Shown here piece by piece: positions 38,601 to 53,635 of a stretch of DNA of 64,000 nucleotides. Source of the DNA: Lytechinus pictus (lineage: Eukaryota); NCBI RefSeq assembly GCF_037042905.1, contig NC_087250.1, forward strand, positions 8,062,001 through 8,126,000, given 5' to 3'. How positions within the stretch are numbered: the first letter of the stretch is position 1; each line of letters begins with the position of its first letter. Below the pieces are notes generated by a model. The model saw only the letters and a list, made by a program, of their open reading frames with translations. It had not been told where the DNA came from and did not search any database. The position numbers and the translations under genes were made by a program.

Positions 38601-39880
38601 ATTGGCTTTCGGGGGATGTCATCCACGTCATTTACGAAGGACTGGAAAATTTTTAACTTGGGTCTCTTTTGGGAAGAAAATCCTTTATGATAATGTTAAT
38701 TTTTCTGCCAAACTTAACCTTAAAACTTTAAAATATTGTAAGGCTCCCGAGTCAAGCTGCATACCAAATCTCTCCATATAACTCCAGTTACACTCTAATC
38801 CTAAACACCTTGTCAAATTCGACATAACAAAAATAATTTCTAGTGATTTATTCAAACCTCGTATTTTGATTTGATTTATTGTTTACTTCTGCAATACATT
38901 TGTCATAACGAACATGAATATATAGATTAGTGTTTTGGCATAATTAAATCACAGAAAAACTGTACTATGATAATTTCAACATAAATGTCTTCTAGCTAAT
39001 ATCCAAATCATCATAACATTAACAATTTGCAGGAGGAGGATTATCATCATAATTACAAGAAGTTCAATTCTCTTGACAGGTTAATTATGTTATTGAAGAT
39101 TAGTAATATTCCTTTCCAAAAACATTTGTATGCCTCCATGCAATAATTAGAAGATTTCATTTACAACAAAACATCTTCATAATAATTAATACATGACACG
39201 AAGGGAAATTAACATCCGATACAAAAGTAAAAGTACATGCATTTGTGTAGTATTCTTAGGTAAGCTTTAGCGTTTGTAGTACGTTGAGATGAAACAAAAT
39301 ATTCACCTGTTTCATAATTACTCATTGACTTCTTTGATCTGATTTGATTTATTGTTCTCTTCTGTATGCATTCATAATTATCATTCGTATATAATATTTT
39401 TTTATAGGATATTATTTACTGTTTGTTTGATATGAAATGTACTAAAAATATCATTAAACACACAAAAAATGATCTACATGTACCAAAATATCATATTTAC
39501 AATTAGCAGGAGAAGGATTGTCATATTGCTTGAAAAACATTACAACCTCAGATTCCAACTCATTGAATTGATTGTACATTTATATATACAGCAGAATGGG
39601 TATATTTTTATACGAGAAACATCAGTTTATAATGAAGAAGGAGATGCAATAAATAAATATAAGGATGAGGATGGTGGTGAAATAGAAGCTATAAATAATG
39701 ATGGTCACCGTCTTGATGGATATATTGGTGATGATTAAATCAAAGGAAGAATGATATCATGATGAACTGAAACATTGATAAAGAAAATTTTACTTCAAAT
39801 ATTCTGATAACATGGATATAACGTTGTCCTTAAATGAGTAAAGAGATGAGCATCTCGTTATATATATATATATATATATA

Positions 39881-40382
39881 CAGTGCGTCCCAGAAAAAAA
39901 CGAAACCGAGATTTTCACCAGTTTCCCACAGAAGCTATCACATGGTTAACAAAAGACTTAATGCATGGCTGATCGTAAACAAAACGGAGTGTTGAGTGAG
40001 TTTGAACGCTAGCCTGTAAAACCTCTTCATTTTATGAAATTATTGAAATTCAAGCCTTATTTCAAATAACCAGAACTTTGTTATTTCTTGACCATTTTCT
40101 GTTACAGTAATTGAGGTATCAAATTAAAGAGCAGATATTGAACTTTATAAAAATGTGGTTTTCCTTTAAAAAGCCAGATACAACCCGCCAAATGACTTTT
40201 TGGTATCCCCTCTTCAAATTGTTTTTGCTCACTCATGCGTGAAGAAGAAATAATCTAAGTAATATCAGATGAAAGAGGAGATTCTAAGCTTTACATTGGT
40301 AGGTCATTTGTCTATTTTATTTGTGATTAAGTTATGATAAATCATCGCTAAATCTCGGTTTCGTTTTTTCTGGGACGCACTG
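39881..40382. mobile_element. Tc1/mariner-type MITE in a (TA)n tract
   Basis: TIR CAGTGCGTCCCAGAAAAAAACGAAACCGAGATTT, TA flanks. Confidence 0.85.
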
Positions 40383-40414
<32 letters not shown>

Positions 40415-42044
40415 GTATATATATTGAATTGTAAGATCAATTACATTTATTTATTTCCTTTTTAAGGATATTCATAGCATATAATGATTAAGAATATTCC
40501 AGAATGTCTCAGTAAACCTTTGTTAAGCATGCCTATTATAATGAGATAATTTTTGTTATTTCTGGAATGTACAAAGATAGACGATATAAACTCCTAAACA
40601 ATAGAGCCTGCCAGCAGTGGAAAATCACAATAGGATTAGCTATTTTGTTTACATTGTTAATTTCACTGAGGTCATTCAAGAGTCTCCTAGAATTGAATTG
40701 CTCTAGAAAGAAGGAGAATGTTCTTTTTTAAGACAATACTAAAAGCTTCCAGACTAGTGGAAATTTATATAAGCTGGCAGCTTCTTCATCATATCAGATC
40801 AGAACTTAGAGTTTCACACCAGACTTTATCTCAGAGCATAGTTTATTTCCAACTGGAATACAACATTTATCTTCTATGGAATTATTTGCACGCCATAAAT
40901 AAACTGTTCGCATTTTACTTTGAGAGAGGAATTCTCAGATCTCATCGAGATCATCAACCCGTTTTAATGAACGCTCTTCTACCCATGGATTGCTGAAATT
41001 GACTGTTAATCATCACAAACATCTTCTTCACAGACATTTCAACTCATTACAGTACTCTTGTTATTCACCGTGCTTCAACATCAATTTCATCATCGCCATC
41101 ATTGTGAACTTTAATTTAAGGAATCTTCGCCAACCATTTTGGATTTTATCTGGATTTAATACAGAACTATCATAACTTTAGATTGCACATGTAACTCTTC
41201 AAGACATATGTAAGATGTTTGGTTATCTTTTGTTTAGTGTATGATTGATCTTTTTCCTGTAAGAAAAAAAAGAAAACAAATTTAAAAATAAATTTTAATA
41301 ATTATTTGACGGACTGTGGCATAGAGTATTTTGATTCTTATGGACATATCTTTTACTGTACCGAGCTTGCATTCTTCTTTCTATTTCCCCTAATATGAAT
41401 GTCAGATTATCTCTCTTTTCGTTTCCAGCTGTATTTCTTAAAAGAAATGACTTTGTGAACATGGCAAATGCACCAAAGTGCAATAGTCAGAATTAAAAGT
41501 ATATTTACTCACATCCATCACTATTAAAACTAATGCTGGGATTATAAATCGATCTTGCAAATGATACTATTGCAATATTTATTCTTGATATCACAATTGA
41601 ACATTATTTAACATAGGGATATCGAGCACAATCACAATATTCAGCACAATAAAATTCAAAATGATAATGGCTAAACTAATAACAAAAAATGCATATCTCG
41701 TGCAATTGTAATAATAAAATAATGTGTACTCACAAATTCTCCTTGGTATTTTCTGGTTTACAATGACTCCAATTTTTAAAAAATAAATGCGGAATCCAAA
41801 GACACGGACTATCAGATTGTCCTTAACAACACAGTTGTTATATTCAGTGAAAGCTTGAACTGCGTATATAGTTTTCTGATGAACAACTCGTAATATTTGG
41901 GGTAGTATCTAAAAAAAATATCTCCGAATTATAGCAGCTTCTGAATGAGAATGAAAATCTCAGGATACAATCTTTGTTTGTAGCTTAATAATATCAAATG
42001 CCTAAATGTGTAAGGTAAATTGGTTGGTTGGTTATAGAGATGAT

Positions 42045-42262
42045 GAAACCAAAACCATTTTTTTCAGGGAAACGAAAGCCAATTCGCACGAAAAGTCTAT
42101 TTGAAACCAAAACCATTTTTTCAGGGAAACGAAAGCCAATTCGCACGAAAAGCCAATTTGAAACCAAAACCAATTTTTCAGGGAAACGAAAGCCAATTCG
42201 CACGAAAAGCCAATTTGAAACCAAAGCCAATTTTTCAGGCAAAAGGAATCCAATTTGAAAAC
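42045..42262. repeat. 60-bp tandem repeat (about 3.5 copies) in the retroelement leader
   Basis: gaaaccaaaaccattttttcagggaaacgaaagccaattcgcacgaaaag repeated. Confidence 0.9.
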
Positions 42263-42329
42263 ATACTTGAAATCTTTGGAAAGTTCTAGAAAATAATGTG
42301 TTATCACTTGATGGTATTTCTGTATATTC

Positions 42330-43100
42330 CACCATGGCTACATTTGATGTTGAATAATTCCTAGCAATGACAGAATAACTGGCAAACATTGAATTGGAAA
42401 AAGAGAAAATCAGAAAACATTTAATTGGAGAAAATAAAGATGAAAGAAATGAGATTGTAGTATCAGTTAAAGTTGAAAGAAATGGAGTTAGCTCATGCAA
42501 TACTAACTGTACTCAATTTAAATTTCCCAAGGCTTTGATGTAGCGAAGAACATTTGCCTTGTGCCAAAATTTGATGAAGGTGGAGTTGATACTGTTTTGT
42601 GTCATTTGAAAAAGTGGCCAAGAGACTGAATTGGCCTGAGGAATACTAGACCCTTCTCCTCTAAAGAGTTTTTGTTGGAAAGGCTGAAAAAGTCTATTCT
42701 TTGCTCTCTTAAATGCAATCATGTGACTATGCTACAGTAAAAGAAACAATTCTCAATGCATACGAGTTGGTCCCAGAAGCGTACAGACGTAAATTTAGGA
42801 GCATGCAAAGACAATCAGGCCAGACATATGTGAATTTGCAAAGGACCAAGAGATGATGTTCGATGAGTGGTACAGATCACTGAAAGTTGACAAAGATTTT
42901 TTTCACCTTAGGTAAATTGTCCTATAAGAATTAAAAAAGAGTCTTGCTTTTGGCATTAAATCTCACTCAGATGACCATATAGTTACTGAAGTCAGTATGC
43001 AGAAATAGTAGCTGATGAATTTGAGGTCACACATAAAGGTAGTGGAGATCATAATAGGCCTCCTTTCAAGAATTATTGGAAGAAGAAAGGTAAAGGGTAA
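42330..43100 (+). pseudogene. Decayed Gmr1-like Gypsy gag (SCAN-related capsid region)
   Basis: Frameshifted segments read GFDVAKNICLVPKFDE...FEKVAKRLNWPEEY and DYATVKETILNAYELVPEAYRRKFR. Confidence 0.8.
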
Positions 43101-43472
43101 TTTGAATCCCACAATAAACCTGGTGAGGGAAAATATGCTAGCAATTAGAGGTGGACCGTGGGTCACGGCTTGGGGGGGGGGGGGGGGCAGCAGCAAAAAT
43201 TTTGAGTCACTTAGTGAGCGCACGAAGGTATACTGTCCTAATAGAGACATTTTAAGGAAAGTGCCATTAAATGGATATGTATCTCACTGATCAAATAATG
43301 CGAACGCGAAGCGCGAGCTGAAAAATGTTGATATTCAGACCTTAAAAGAGACATTATAAGAAATTTTTTGTTATCATGATACGTATTCGTCTCGCTAAAC
43401 AAACAACACGAGTGTGAAGCTCGAGCTGAAATTCAAGTAGGCCTATATATTGACTCAAGACTTGGATATTTT

Positions 43473-44015
43473 CGCATACATTCGTAATTCCGAAGCTTCG
43501 TTATTCCGAAGGTTCGGATATTCCAAAGGTTCGTTATTCCGAAGGTTCGTATTTCCGAAGGTTCGTAATTCCGAAGGTTCGTTAGTCCGAAAACGAAATG
43601 AGGTTCGTAATTCCGAAGGTTCGATAGTCCGAAAACGAAGTGAGGTTCGCAATTCCAAGGGTTCGTTAATCCGAAAACGAAATGAGGTTCGTAATTCCGA
43701 AGGTTCGTTAGTCCGAAAACGAAATGATTAACGAACCTTATTTCGTTTTCGGACTAACGAACCTTCGGAACAACGAACCTTATTTCGTTTTCGGATTAAC
43801 GAACCTTCTGAACAACGAACCTTATTTCGTTTTCAGATTAACGAACTTTCGGAACATCGAACCTTATTTCGTTTTCGGATTATCGAACCTTTGGAATAAC
43901 GCCACAAATGCTCGAATTAACGAACCCTTTTACGTTTTCGGATTAACGAACATCGAGGTATAGGCAATTTACGTGTTTCGGAGTTACGAACCTTCGGAAT
44001 TACGAAGTGTAGCCG
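43473..44015. mobile_element. MITE built of CCGAAGGTTCG subrepeats, copy 3
   Basis: 8-bp TSD GATATTTT. Confidence 0.88.
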
Positions 44016-45394
44016 GATATTTTAAGGACTATTTTTTTAAGGAATCCATTAAGAGTACGCATATCTCACCATAGTCATCAGTGCCAGGTGCCAAACGCCT
44101 GCTGATTTTGTTAGAATCACATTTAAACACATGAAGCACTTTTTGTAGTCATTGTAATCATGATTATCATACGCATCTTACTAATCAATTACTGTGTGCA
44201 CGAAGCGTGAGCTGAAAACTTAGGAAATTCAGACCTGAAAAAGGACATTCTATGGCTTGTACCTAGGAATTCAATAAGACCATACGTATTTCACTAACCA
44301 AATGATGCGAGAAAAAGGGACATCATAAGGACTGATTTGAGAAATTCATGAAGAGCAGACATATCTCACCAATCCACTAATGCGAACGTAAGCACGGACA
44401 GGAAATGTTTGATATTAAGACCTTAAAATGGGGCAATCTCTTCAAGTAGTCATGAAAAAAGAAGCATATGTCACTTCATAAAATAATAATAACTCGAAGT
44501 GCGAGGAAATATATTTGGTGCTTATTGACTTGATTTGACGTCAGGTCTCTCAAATATACTTGAAAACTATGGTGTTCCAAAAAAAACACATTTAATATAT
44601 TATATCTAGTTTGGATTTAATCTGGATTTAATTCAGGACTATCATAACTTTGGATTGCGCATGTAACTCTTCAAGACATGTACGATATTTGGTTCTGTTT
44701 TGTTTAGTGTATGATTGATCTATTTCCTGTAAGAAAAAGAAATAAAACAAATTTAAAATAAATGTTCATAATTATTTGACTGACTGTGGCATAGAGTATT
44801 TAGATTCTTATGGACATATCTTTTTCTGTACCGAGCTTGCATTTCCATTCTTCTTTCTATTTCTCCTAATATGAATGTCAGATTATCTCTCCTTTGGTTT
44901 CCAGCTGTATTTCTTAAAAGAAATGACTTTGTGAACATGGTGAATGCACCAAAGTGCAATAGTCAGAATTAAAAGTATATTTACTCACATCCATCACATT
45001 ATAACCAATGCTGGGATTATAAATCGATCTTGCAAATGATACTATTGCAATATTTATTCTTGATATCACAATTAAACATTATACGTACAATAGGGATATC
45101 GAGCATAATCACAATATGTGCACAGCACAGTAAAATTCAAAATGACAATGGCTAAACTAATAACAAAAAAAATGCATATCTCGTGCAATTGTAATAATAA
45201 AATAATGTGTACTCACAAATTCTCCTTGGTATTTTCTGGTTTACAATGACTCAAATTTTTAAAAAATAAATGCGGAATCCAAAACACGGACTATCAGATT
45301 GTCCTTCACAACACAGTTGTTATATCCAGTGAAAGCTTAAGCTGAGTATATAGTTTTCTGATAAACAACTCGTAATATTTGGGGTAGTATCTCT

Positions 45395-46010
45395 AACAAG
45401 TATTATTCATTCATTCATTTCCATTTCTGGTAAAAAAACATTCAAATACAATCAAATATTTACAAAAAGAAAACATATGAATATAAATACCAAGAATATG
45501 GGAGAGCCAGCAGAGGCCGTTGACCTTTCAAAGGCTGGACTCCAATGCCATATTGAAACATACATAATATAGAGAGAGAAAGGGGGGGGTACATTTATGT
45601 CTGAATCGTGATGGGTAAATTATATAGTACTTAAGATTCATTCATGAGATGCATTTTATACTTTCGTTTAAATGAGGCAATAGATGGGGACAATTTTATA
45701 TTAACAGGTATTGCATTTCAAGTAATTACTCCAGAATATTTCACCGATTTACGTGAAGTTTGATATTTCAACAGAGGAATATACATATTATTAGCATGTC
45801 TTGTATTAAGTGTATGAACATCCTTTGTCATTTTAAACATATCATAAAAAATATGGGGAAGCAAGTTTTTATTATACATGTACATAAATGATCCAACTTG
45901 CAGTTCATGTATTTGAAATATAGTTAGCATATTAAATTTTCTAAAAAGAGGTCCAGATGGAGTTCTTGGATGAGAGTTTGTAATTGCACGTAGTGCAATT
46001 ATCTCTGAAT
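45395..46010 (-). mobile_element. 3' fragment of a CR1/L2-group LINE
   Basis: LFRKFNMLTIFQI...FMY...LLP...HTLNTR ORF2 C-terminus; (GAAT)n tail; interrupts a duplicated block. Confidence 0.7.
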
Positions 46011-46773
46011 TATCTCCGAATTATAGCAGCTTCTGAATGAGAATGAAAATCTCAGGATAAAATCTTTGTTTGTAGCTTAATAATATCAAATCCCAAAATG
46101 TGTAAGGTAATTTGATCGCTTGGTTATAGAGATGATGGCGCTATATCCCACCGATATCTCGGAGGATTTACGCCAGGCTGCATATATGCGAGAGGGATTT
46201 CACCCTCACCTGTACAGCTCTCATTATTAATTCGATTCTTCTATTTAAACAACTAAATATATACTGTACATAGTAGAAATTAAAACATTATTTCCTCTTG
46301 CAATGGCATACATTTCCAAAAAAAATATTATATGTAACAAAAAGAAGAAAAATCTCATAATGTCATGAAGGAATTATTATAAATATCGTTATCATCGTCA
46401 TAATACAATACTACTACTACTACTACTACTACTATTACTGCTACTACTACTGCTTCTACTACTAATTCTTATTTACCAATGGTAAATGGAACCCACGACC
46501 TCCCGTTCATGAGGGGAGGGGGGGGGGCGCTCTTTACCAATGAGCCACCATATCCCGTCATCAATTAATTACTACTATTATAATAATCATAATTATCATT
46601 ATCATCATCATCATCATCATTAGCATCATCATTAGCATCAGTTATCGCACTTAATTGCTAATATTCATACTATGTATACTATACTTTACTACTAACTTTA
46701 TACTTTTTTATTTCTCCATACCATGTGTTTTCCATGTTTCTTTTTTTTTTAAAGTGGAATAAGCTGATCTAAA

Positions 46774-46990
46774 CTAAGGTATAAGGATGTTCATGGTAAT
46801 AAAATGTATCAAGATCATCTGTAAAGGTATGAACGTAAGGACGTCAGCCGATTTACAAAAGTCATTAACATTGATGATAATCAACAGAGGGCCTAACAAA
46901 CTGCCTTGTGGGACTCCACAATTAATATAATTATGAAAGCATGTGCGACGTATGGCCAATATACAAATTTTTGTCTATTGGACAAGTATA
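46774..46990 (-). pseudogene. LINE reverse-transcriptase fragment
   Basis: CGVPQGSLLGPLL..I.VNDF motif, frameshifted. Confidence 0.8.
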
Positions 46991-49900
46991 TTTATGAACC
47001 ATTCCAAGGCCTTCCCGTGCCCCCCAAATTTTTCGGAATCTCCAATTTATAGTGTTCACCGTAAGACTCAATTTCACCATTTGATAAATTAATTGCTTGT
47101 TTAAGAGCTTTTCCATGTATTTTGAATTTCGTGATTTTAGATTTATTTGGCCAATTTGGAGTTATTTAGATTTATTAAAGTTTCTTTTCTTTGGTAAGCG
47201 TATCATTTTAATTAAATTATTTCTGATGCCTTGAGTCTTTGCCTGTTGGGTACCTTTTGTTTTGAGTTATAATACAAATTATTTTCCCCTAACGGTAAAG
47301 TACATTTAAAATGATATGTTTCATTCACATTTTCAGAAAATGAGCAAAATGCGATTTGTTCCAAAATCGGATCGCGAACAGTCGTAATGTGTGCGGTGGC
47401 CTTAAAACGCAGAACGAATTCAAAAGCACATTAAACGTATTGAAAATGCCCAGTAATCGACAATGAACAGCTGGGATGTAATTGTGAAAAACTGAAGGTA
47501 AACAGGAACAGCAGTTTTGGTGTGACATTTCGGAGCTGACGAACAAAACAAATATGTCGTTTCTCCAGAGTCGAGGGGGCATTTCCTCAACATTTTCATC
47601 CGACGAGTTGTCAGATCTGACAACTTTGCTTGATTTTGATTGGCTGAGAAGCACTGTTACTATGGTAACTGTCGGGTAAAACAGGACTTGTCGGATAAAA
47701 AGTCCGACAACTCCTTTCGTGGAACGCTCCTCAAGACAAAACTGCTGTTTTCCAGGCATCAATTTTCGACAAAGACTTCTTGGTTGCTCTTTGTCATAAA
47801 GGGCATTTGGACAAATAGAAATAATAATAATAACAATAATAATAATAGTAATAACGTCTTAGTTACCTAGGGTAGCTACTTCAGTTAGGGAACTGCTCTA
47901 CCAGCGGGCCCTGCATAACATGACATATTACTACAATACATTTATATGTTCTTGAAAGCGTTCTGTGTCACGGTGAAAACTTATATGCACATCGTCATGA
48001 ATATTCATTAGGTGTTGATGATACCATGTCCCCACTTAAGAGAAATTCCAGTAGTTGCAGTAAACACTGATTTTATGAGAAAGTCTGTAAAACCAGGCTT
48101 AATTGTCAGTATATCATAGAGGATCTAGATCTGGTACAGTTACATAAACTGAACTTTGTGAAATCTTGAAATCTACGCTGAAAAATGTTCAGACTGAACT
48201 TCCCCAACACAGATAAGCGCACGTGGGACTGTGTATAATTATTGCTTTGAGCGTCGGGCCCGACGCTCTACCCGAATCCTGTGCTTATTTGCTGATTTCT
48301 CAGCAATTACACAATTTCTTCCAGAATCCTTTGGCACATGCGTTTTATTTATACAAACAGACACTTTGGTGGTCATTTCATTGGATTCTGTACGAACTCA
48401 TTTTGATATCGTTACCAAAACTAGCATTTACCTTTAACTTTATCTGACGTTATTACATGAAATGATAATTATTTCATATTTCCATGCGTGAGCGTGTTTA
48501 TGGTATGTCTTCCTTGTAATTAAATAATGTGCAGTATGAATATCTTATGCATTAGATCAGGGGACCGTTTCATCAATATTTTCATCCGACAAGTTGTCAG
48601 ATCTGACATCTTTCCATGATTTTGATTGGCTGAGAGGCACTGTTCCTATGGTAACTGTCGGATAAAATGGGACTTGTCGGATAAAACGTCCGACAAGTCC
48701 TTTCATGAAACGCCCCCAGTTGTCAATCCATTTTTTCCATCTAGGTCCGTGAAAAGAAATGGATAGGCCTGTATATAACTTCATGTAATATATCCCCCCC
48801 CCAAAAAAAAAAAAAAAAATGTGGGTATATGCAATCATCAATTTTGCTCATTGCCTATTCATTAACACATGCATAGAACTGCTCCACAAAAACAATGCAA
48901 AACTTTACAATCTCATAACATGGTTTGTCCGATGTTGATGAACAGTGTGTGCCTGTGTATAAGGATTCGGGCCAGTGTTACCGATCGAGTGATACTTTTA
49001 TGTAAAATTTTGTGAAAAAAAGTAGAGTATTTTATTTATAGAACAAGCTTTATGACTGTGGGCTCTGTGATAATTTGTAAACGAAGTGTCTGTTTCTGTT
49101 TGTGGTAACCCCCGCAGGAACTCGACAGGACAGCGTTTTGCAGGTAATTAATCAATTAACTATAGGAAACATTTTACGTCTAGCTTAATCAGTCATAGTG
49201 GCTGTCCTTATAGACAGATATTGATCTCGGGCCTTTTTATTAAAGTGGAAACAATGGCAGAGTGTGGATTCGAACTCACAACCTTGCGATTATGAGTTCA
49301 ATGCTCTAACCACTGGACAACACGATCCGAAAGTCTAATGACTGAAATTATAAGATATAGAAAAAAAAACCAGGGGAACTTGCTGTAGAAATGTTACGCT
49401 TTCCATGGCCATGCTCTGCGCTTCGCCCTTGCGTTATTTATTTAGTTAATTTCATATCCTTTTCAAGGAATCAAAGTTCACGTCCCGTCGGAGACACATT
49501 GGTAGGGCATATCACTTTCACAGAGATTAACCACAAATATATTATTTAAAGGAAAGTTAAACTTCCTGCCTCGAATTGTGAAGTCAGGGTAAACTTAGAC
49601 CACGGTCTTACTCTGTGCTATAATTATGGGGCGCCAAAAATTTAAAAATTATGTTTATATTGTATGTATCTCATGTTTACTATTGTGTTTCCTGATGCTT
49701 TCATAATGAAGAAAAAATACTTCAGTTATCATTCCCAGAAAATTATTAACAATTTGAGTGTCAAATGGGTTAATAAAATTGATGTGTGCTGTTACGCATT
49801 TGTGCCCAATTTGGCTCTCCATAGTTATTAAACCAGGGTTTGATTTAAACCTGAGTTCAGAATACGACCCCCTGTCAGTATTGTTATTTTTCAAAATCTT

Positions 49901-51166
49901 AGCTCTGGACTCCGGATTCATTTGTCTATTTTTCTGTAGGTTTAGATCTGATATTTGCCATTAAATCTTACATCCGCCCCAAAAAGTATGATAATACAAA
50001 TGAGACTTCTTGATTATTACAAAGACAAATCAAAGCAAAATATAAATATTAAGACGAGATACCTTATAAGCTTATACATCAATTATTATACTTGGAAATT
50101 TCTGTTTTCCATCGCATGTTATAGTACTTCGTCCATATCCACTTAACTATCTTGGAACAATAAGTAACCATGATTGGAACGCAAGTAACTTTTTAACGAA
50201 ATTATCGCAAATAAGTTTTTATTTATTTGAAGAGTTTTGTTCCAAAAGAAGCTAGATCAACTTTTGGTGTTTTTCTGTAAATCAAGGTTTTTTAATTCAC
50301 CACGTTCCCTTAGCCACTGTTGTTCTATTTTGATATATATGGTATTACTGTAATCTTAGATTAATTAAATCATGGTTTCAAAAATCAAGCATCATTATCA
50401 ATTATTAAAGAATTTTGAAATTTTATTCTTCATGGATTTAGGACCTTTTGGAACAAAACCTTAGTAAAATGATTTTTTTTTGCAAATTTAAACATGATTG
50501 ATATTGGAAATTTAACACGAAACACATATATATGACTGGCAGAGTACATTCCACATCTTTTCTGATGTTAATCCTCTGAAAATTACAGAAATATAAAAAA
50601 TGATATTTTGTCATCTTTTCGAATTAGATTTTTCGATATCTAATTCCAAAAAGAGCTAAATAAAAAAATATCCATAACAATTATAAAATTCTGTTATTTT
50701 CATCAAAATTTGCACTGATGGTGTGAACTTGTATCCACAACATGCACCTAAAACATTGAATGCATAACTTAATGTAAAATAGGAAAAATCACAAATTTTA
50801 AATAACCGTATAGTGGATTTAGCTCCTTTTGGAAAAAAACTGTTTTGGATTTCGCTCCTTTTGGAACAAAACTCAAATTTGCAATCAATTTTTACCAATC
50901 TTTCCAACTTTCTATTCAAATGCGATATGTTGCATTTGATTCCCACGTCTAAGATACATATATTTCTATCAGAAAATCAATTCCGAAAAGAAGGCCATCA
51001 TTAGAGCTGCAGCTTCTGTCATAGTAAATGGCATTAAGTGTCTGACATTACGTATCTCAACTACAGCAAAGATGAATTGCCTTATTATTTTTAACAAACT
51101 CTCATTACGAGCTGCCGGAATCTCTTAAGATGCTAATGGTGCAGGACATCTGCTCTCCGCCTTACA

Positions 51167-51276
51167 TAGCCAGGAGGCTTCTAGAGAGTAAAAATCATTT
51201 ACTAACGTCGGCTTACTTCATCGAGATTAAGCCTACGTTAGTAAATGATTTTTACTCTCTAGAAGCCTCCTGACTA
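51167..51276. mobile_element. 110-bp palindromic hAT-like MITE
   Basis: TAG...CTA termini, 8-bp TSD GCCTTACA. Confidence 0.8.
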
Positions 51277-51629
51277 GCCTTACATCGACCATGATGCTAT
51301 TTCTACTAGGTATCAGTTTGTACAAGGATCATATATTTAATTCAGAAAAACTTACTTTTATCATGCACAAATTAGGCATGATAATGAAATTCAAAAGGAG
51401 ATAATAGCTTACAAGTAAACATCCATTGACCTAACTAACAAACTACCAGTCCCAATGCCCAAAGTTTAATAGAAACGCATTTTTCCCCTTTCAGTACTAC
51501 AATTTATATGAAATTAAAGGCATACATCATTAAAGAAACTGAGCTACTTTGCTCTATAAGTTTTATTTGAATTCACATGAGGAATGAAATAACTCTGAAA
51601 TTATTCAAAGTATTTAAATCATTATTACA

Positions 51630-52205
51630 TAGTCTGGAGGCTCCTTCATTTAGTAACGTATGCTTACTTTCAATGGAGCCTGGATTTGCTTCCCATACAT
51701 CTACACGCACCGTTCAAAAACCTGAAACTTTCGCCCCCGAGATTTCTACTTTCCTTCTAAAAGATCTAGCCCTAAATCATGTACATTGGATACAACTTCA
51801 TTTCCGACATTTCTACGATATAGATTTCATTTTTTAACAAGAATTCATTCAAAAAACGAAAAAAATGTTATAAAAAGTCGGGAAGAACTTGCCAGTGTTT
51901 ACGTCGCCATCTTGATTATATTGTCTTTCGCTTGGCGACAGCACGCAAAGCGCGATTTGCGTTTTTTTAATGAATTCTTGTTTAAAAATGAAATCAATAA
52001 TTATCGTAGAAATGTCGGAAATGAAGTTGTATCCCATGTACATAATTTAGGGCTAGATATTTCGGAAGGAAAGTAGAAATCTCGGGGGCGAAAGTTTCAG
52101 GTTTTTGAGCGGTGCGTGTAGATGTATGGGAAAAAAAATCCAGGCTCCGTTGAGAGTAAGCATACGTTACTAAATTATTTTTACTCTCTAGGAGCCTCCA
52201 GGGTA
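51630..52205. mobile_element. Long-TIR hAT-like MITE of the same family as 51167-51276
   Basis: About 230-bp inverted arms, TSD TTATTAC(A/C). Confidence 0.8.
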
Positions 52206-53635
52206 TTATTACCCCAGCACCGGAATGTGGTTAATTTGATTACTTCATAGTTCGGTATACACAATAGTTAGAAAAGGCAAATGCAGTAAATATTCCACTT
52301 ACAGTTCCTCTCTGGATGAGAATGTCCAGGTCCAACAGAAGGATTCGCCTGTCCACATAATGCAGTAACAAATCAACATCTTGTTAGAGAATTGATGCTA
52401 AATTAATAGAAATATGCATGGAAGAAAATCAGTCCATGTCTTATTAATGACAAACTCTCATGGCTAGAAGCAACGGTGGAACTTGGGTGTGTCTCACTCT
52501 CACTCATTCTCCCTTGCTTCAGTCATTCCCCACATACACCTCCACAAGCCTGTCTCCTTCACTGGAATTCACTCCTGGGTCCCGTAACACAAAGGTTAGC
52601 GATTGATCCTACGCTTGATCTTTACGATTGATTTTACATTGTAGTCTATGCAATCAATCGTAGAAAAATGTTCTACGATCATTGCTAAATTTTGTGTTAC
52701 GGGCCCCAGGCCCTGCAAGCAGGGGTGTTTTCCTGGGAGTGCTGCGCGTGTATTATTCTCCATATAGGCAGCACCCCTTTTGAATTCTGATAGATTGTGA
52801 CAAAAAGGAGAAATATAACCAAAGCGACCTTCATTCTGTATTGAAACCCTTCTTCTTGCTGGTCAAATTCTCGAGACCAAAATGACGTTAATTTTGTTGT
52901 GAAACCCGCTTTTTTTTTGCTTGTCAAATTTACACCAGCACCCCCGTAAAATAGTTTCCTGGGCCCTGCTCAAGCATACTCATACCAACCTACTGGCGGA
53001 TCGGGGTGGGGGGGGGGGGTACAGTCGGCTCCTTCTCCCCCCTTTGAGAGGCATATTTAAAATGTGAAGTGTAAAAATGCCATTAAAACAGAAGTGTGTC
53101 CCCCTTTTGAAAGTGAAGACTTTTTTTTTTGCTTTTGCGTCAAATTTTTCCTCAGGAAAATATGCCCCACCCCTTTAAAAAAATCCTGGATCCGCTCCTG
53201 TACTAAACCTATAGACCAGTTCGCAGTTACTTCATGGACAATTTTAGTCAAATAACCTTTCATTTCTTTCATTATGATAGGCAGATTTCAAAGCAAGATA
53301 TTACGTATGCATGCCTTACATAGCAGGGTGAAGAAATTGAATAGACCATGTGACTAGAATATCATATCAATGAACACTCTATGAAGGTATTTGTTGTATT
53401 TCTACTTTGAATCCATATTAGAGGACGTTGTACAATGTACTTGGCAAACACTGTGAAATATACCATTCATTCGTGGACGCATTTTTTGTGGATGTAAATG
53501 AAAAACGCAATTCAAAAGAATATATGAATAATCAAGACATCAAAGTTAGCGCTTATCTCATTGAATTTTAAACCACCATGTCACTTGAGTACCAATGATC
53601 TTCCTCTGATCATGCGCAGAATGGAACTACGAACT

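Larger units (their letters stand above)
41140..46136. repeat. About 900-bp direct repeat: 41140-42045 versus 44610-45392 plus 46010-46136
   Basis: Near-identical text; the second copy is split by the LINE fragment. Confidence 0.9.
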
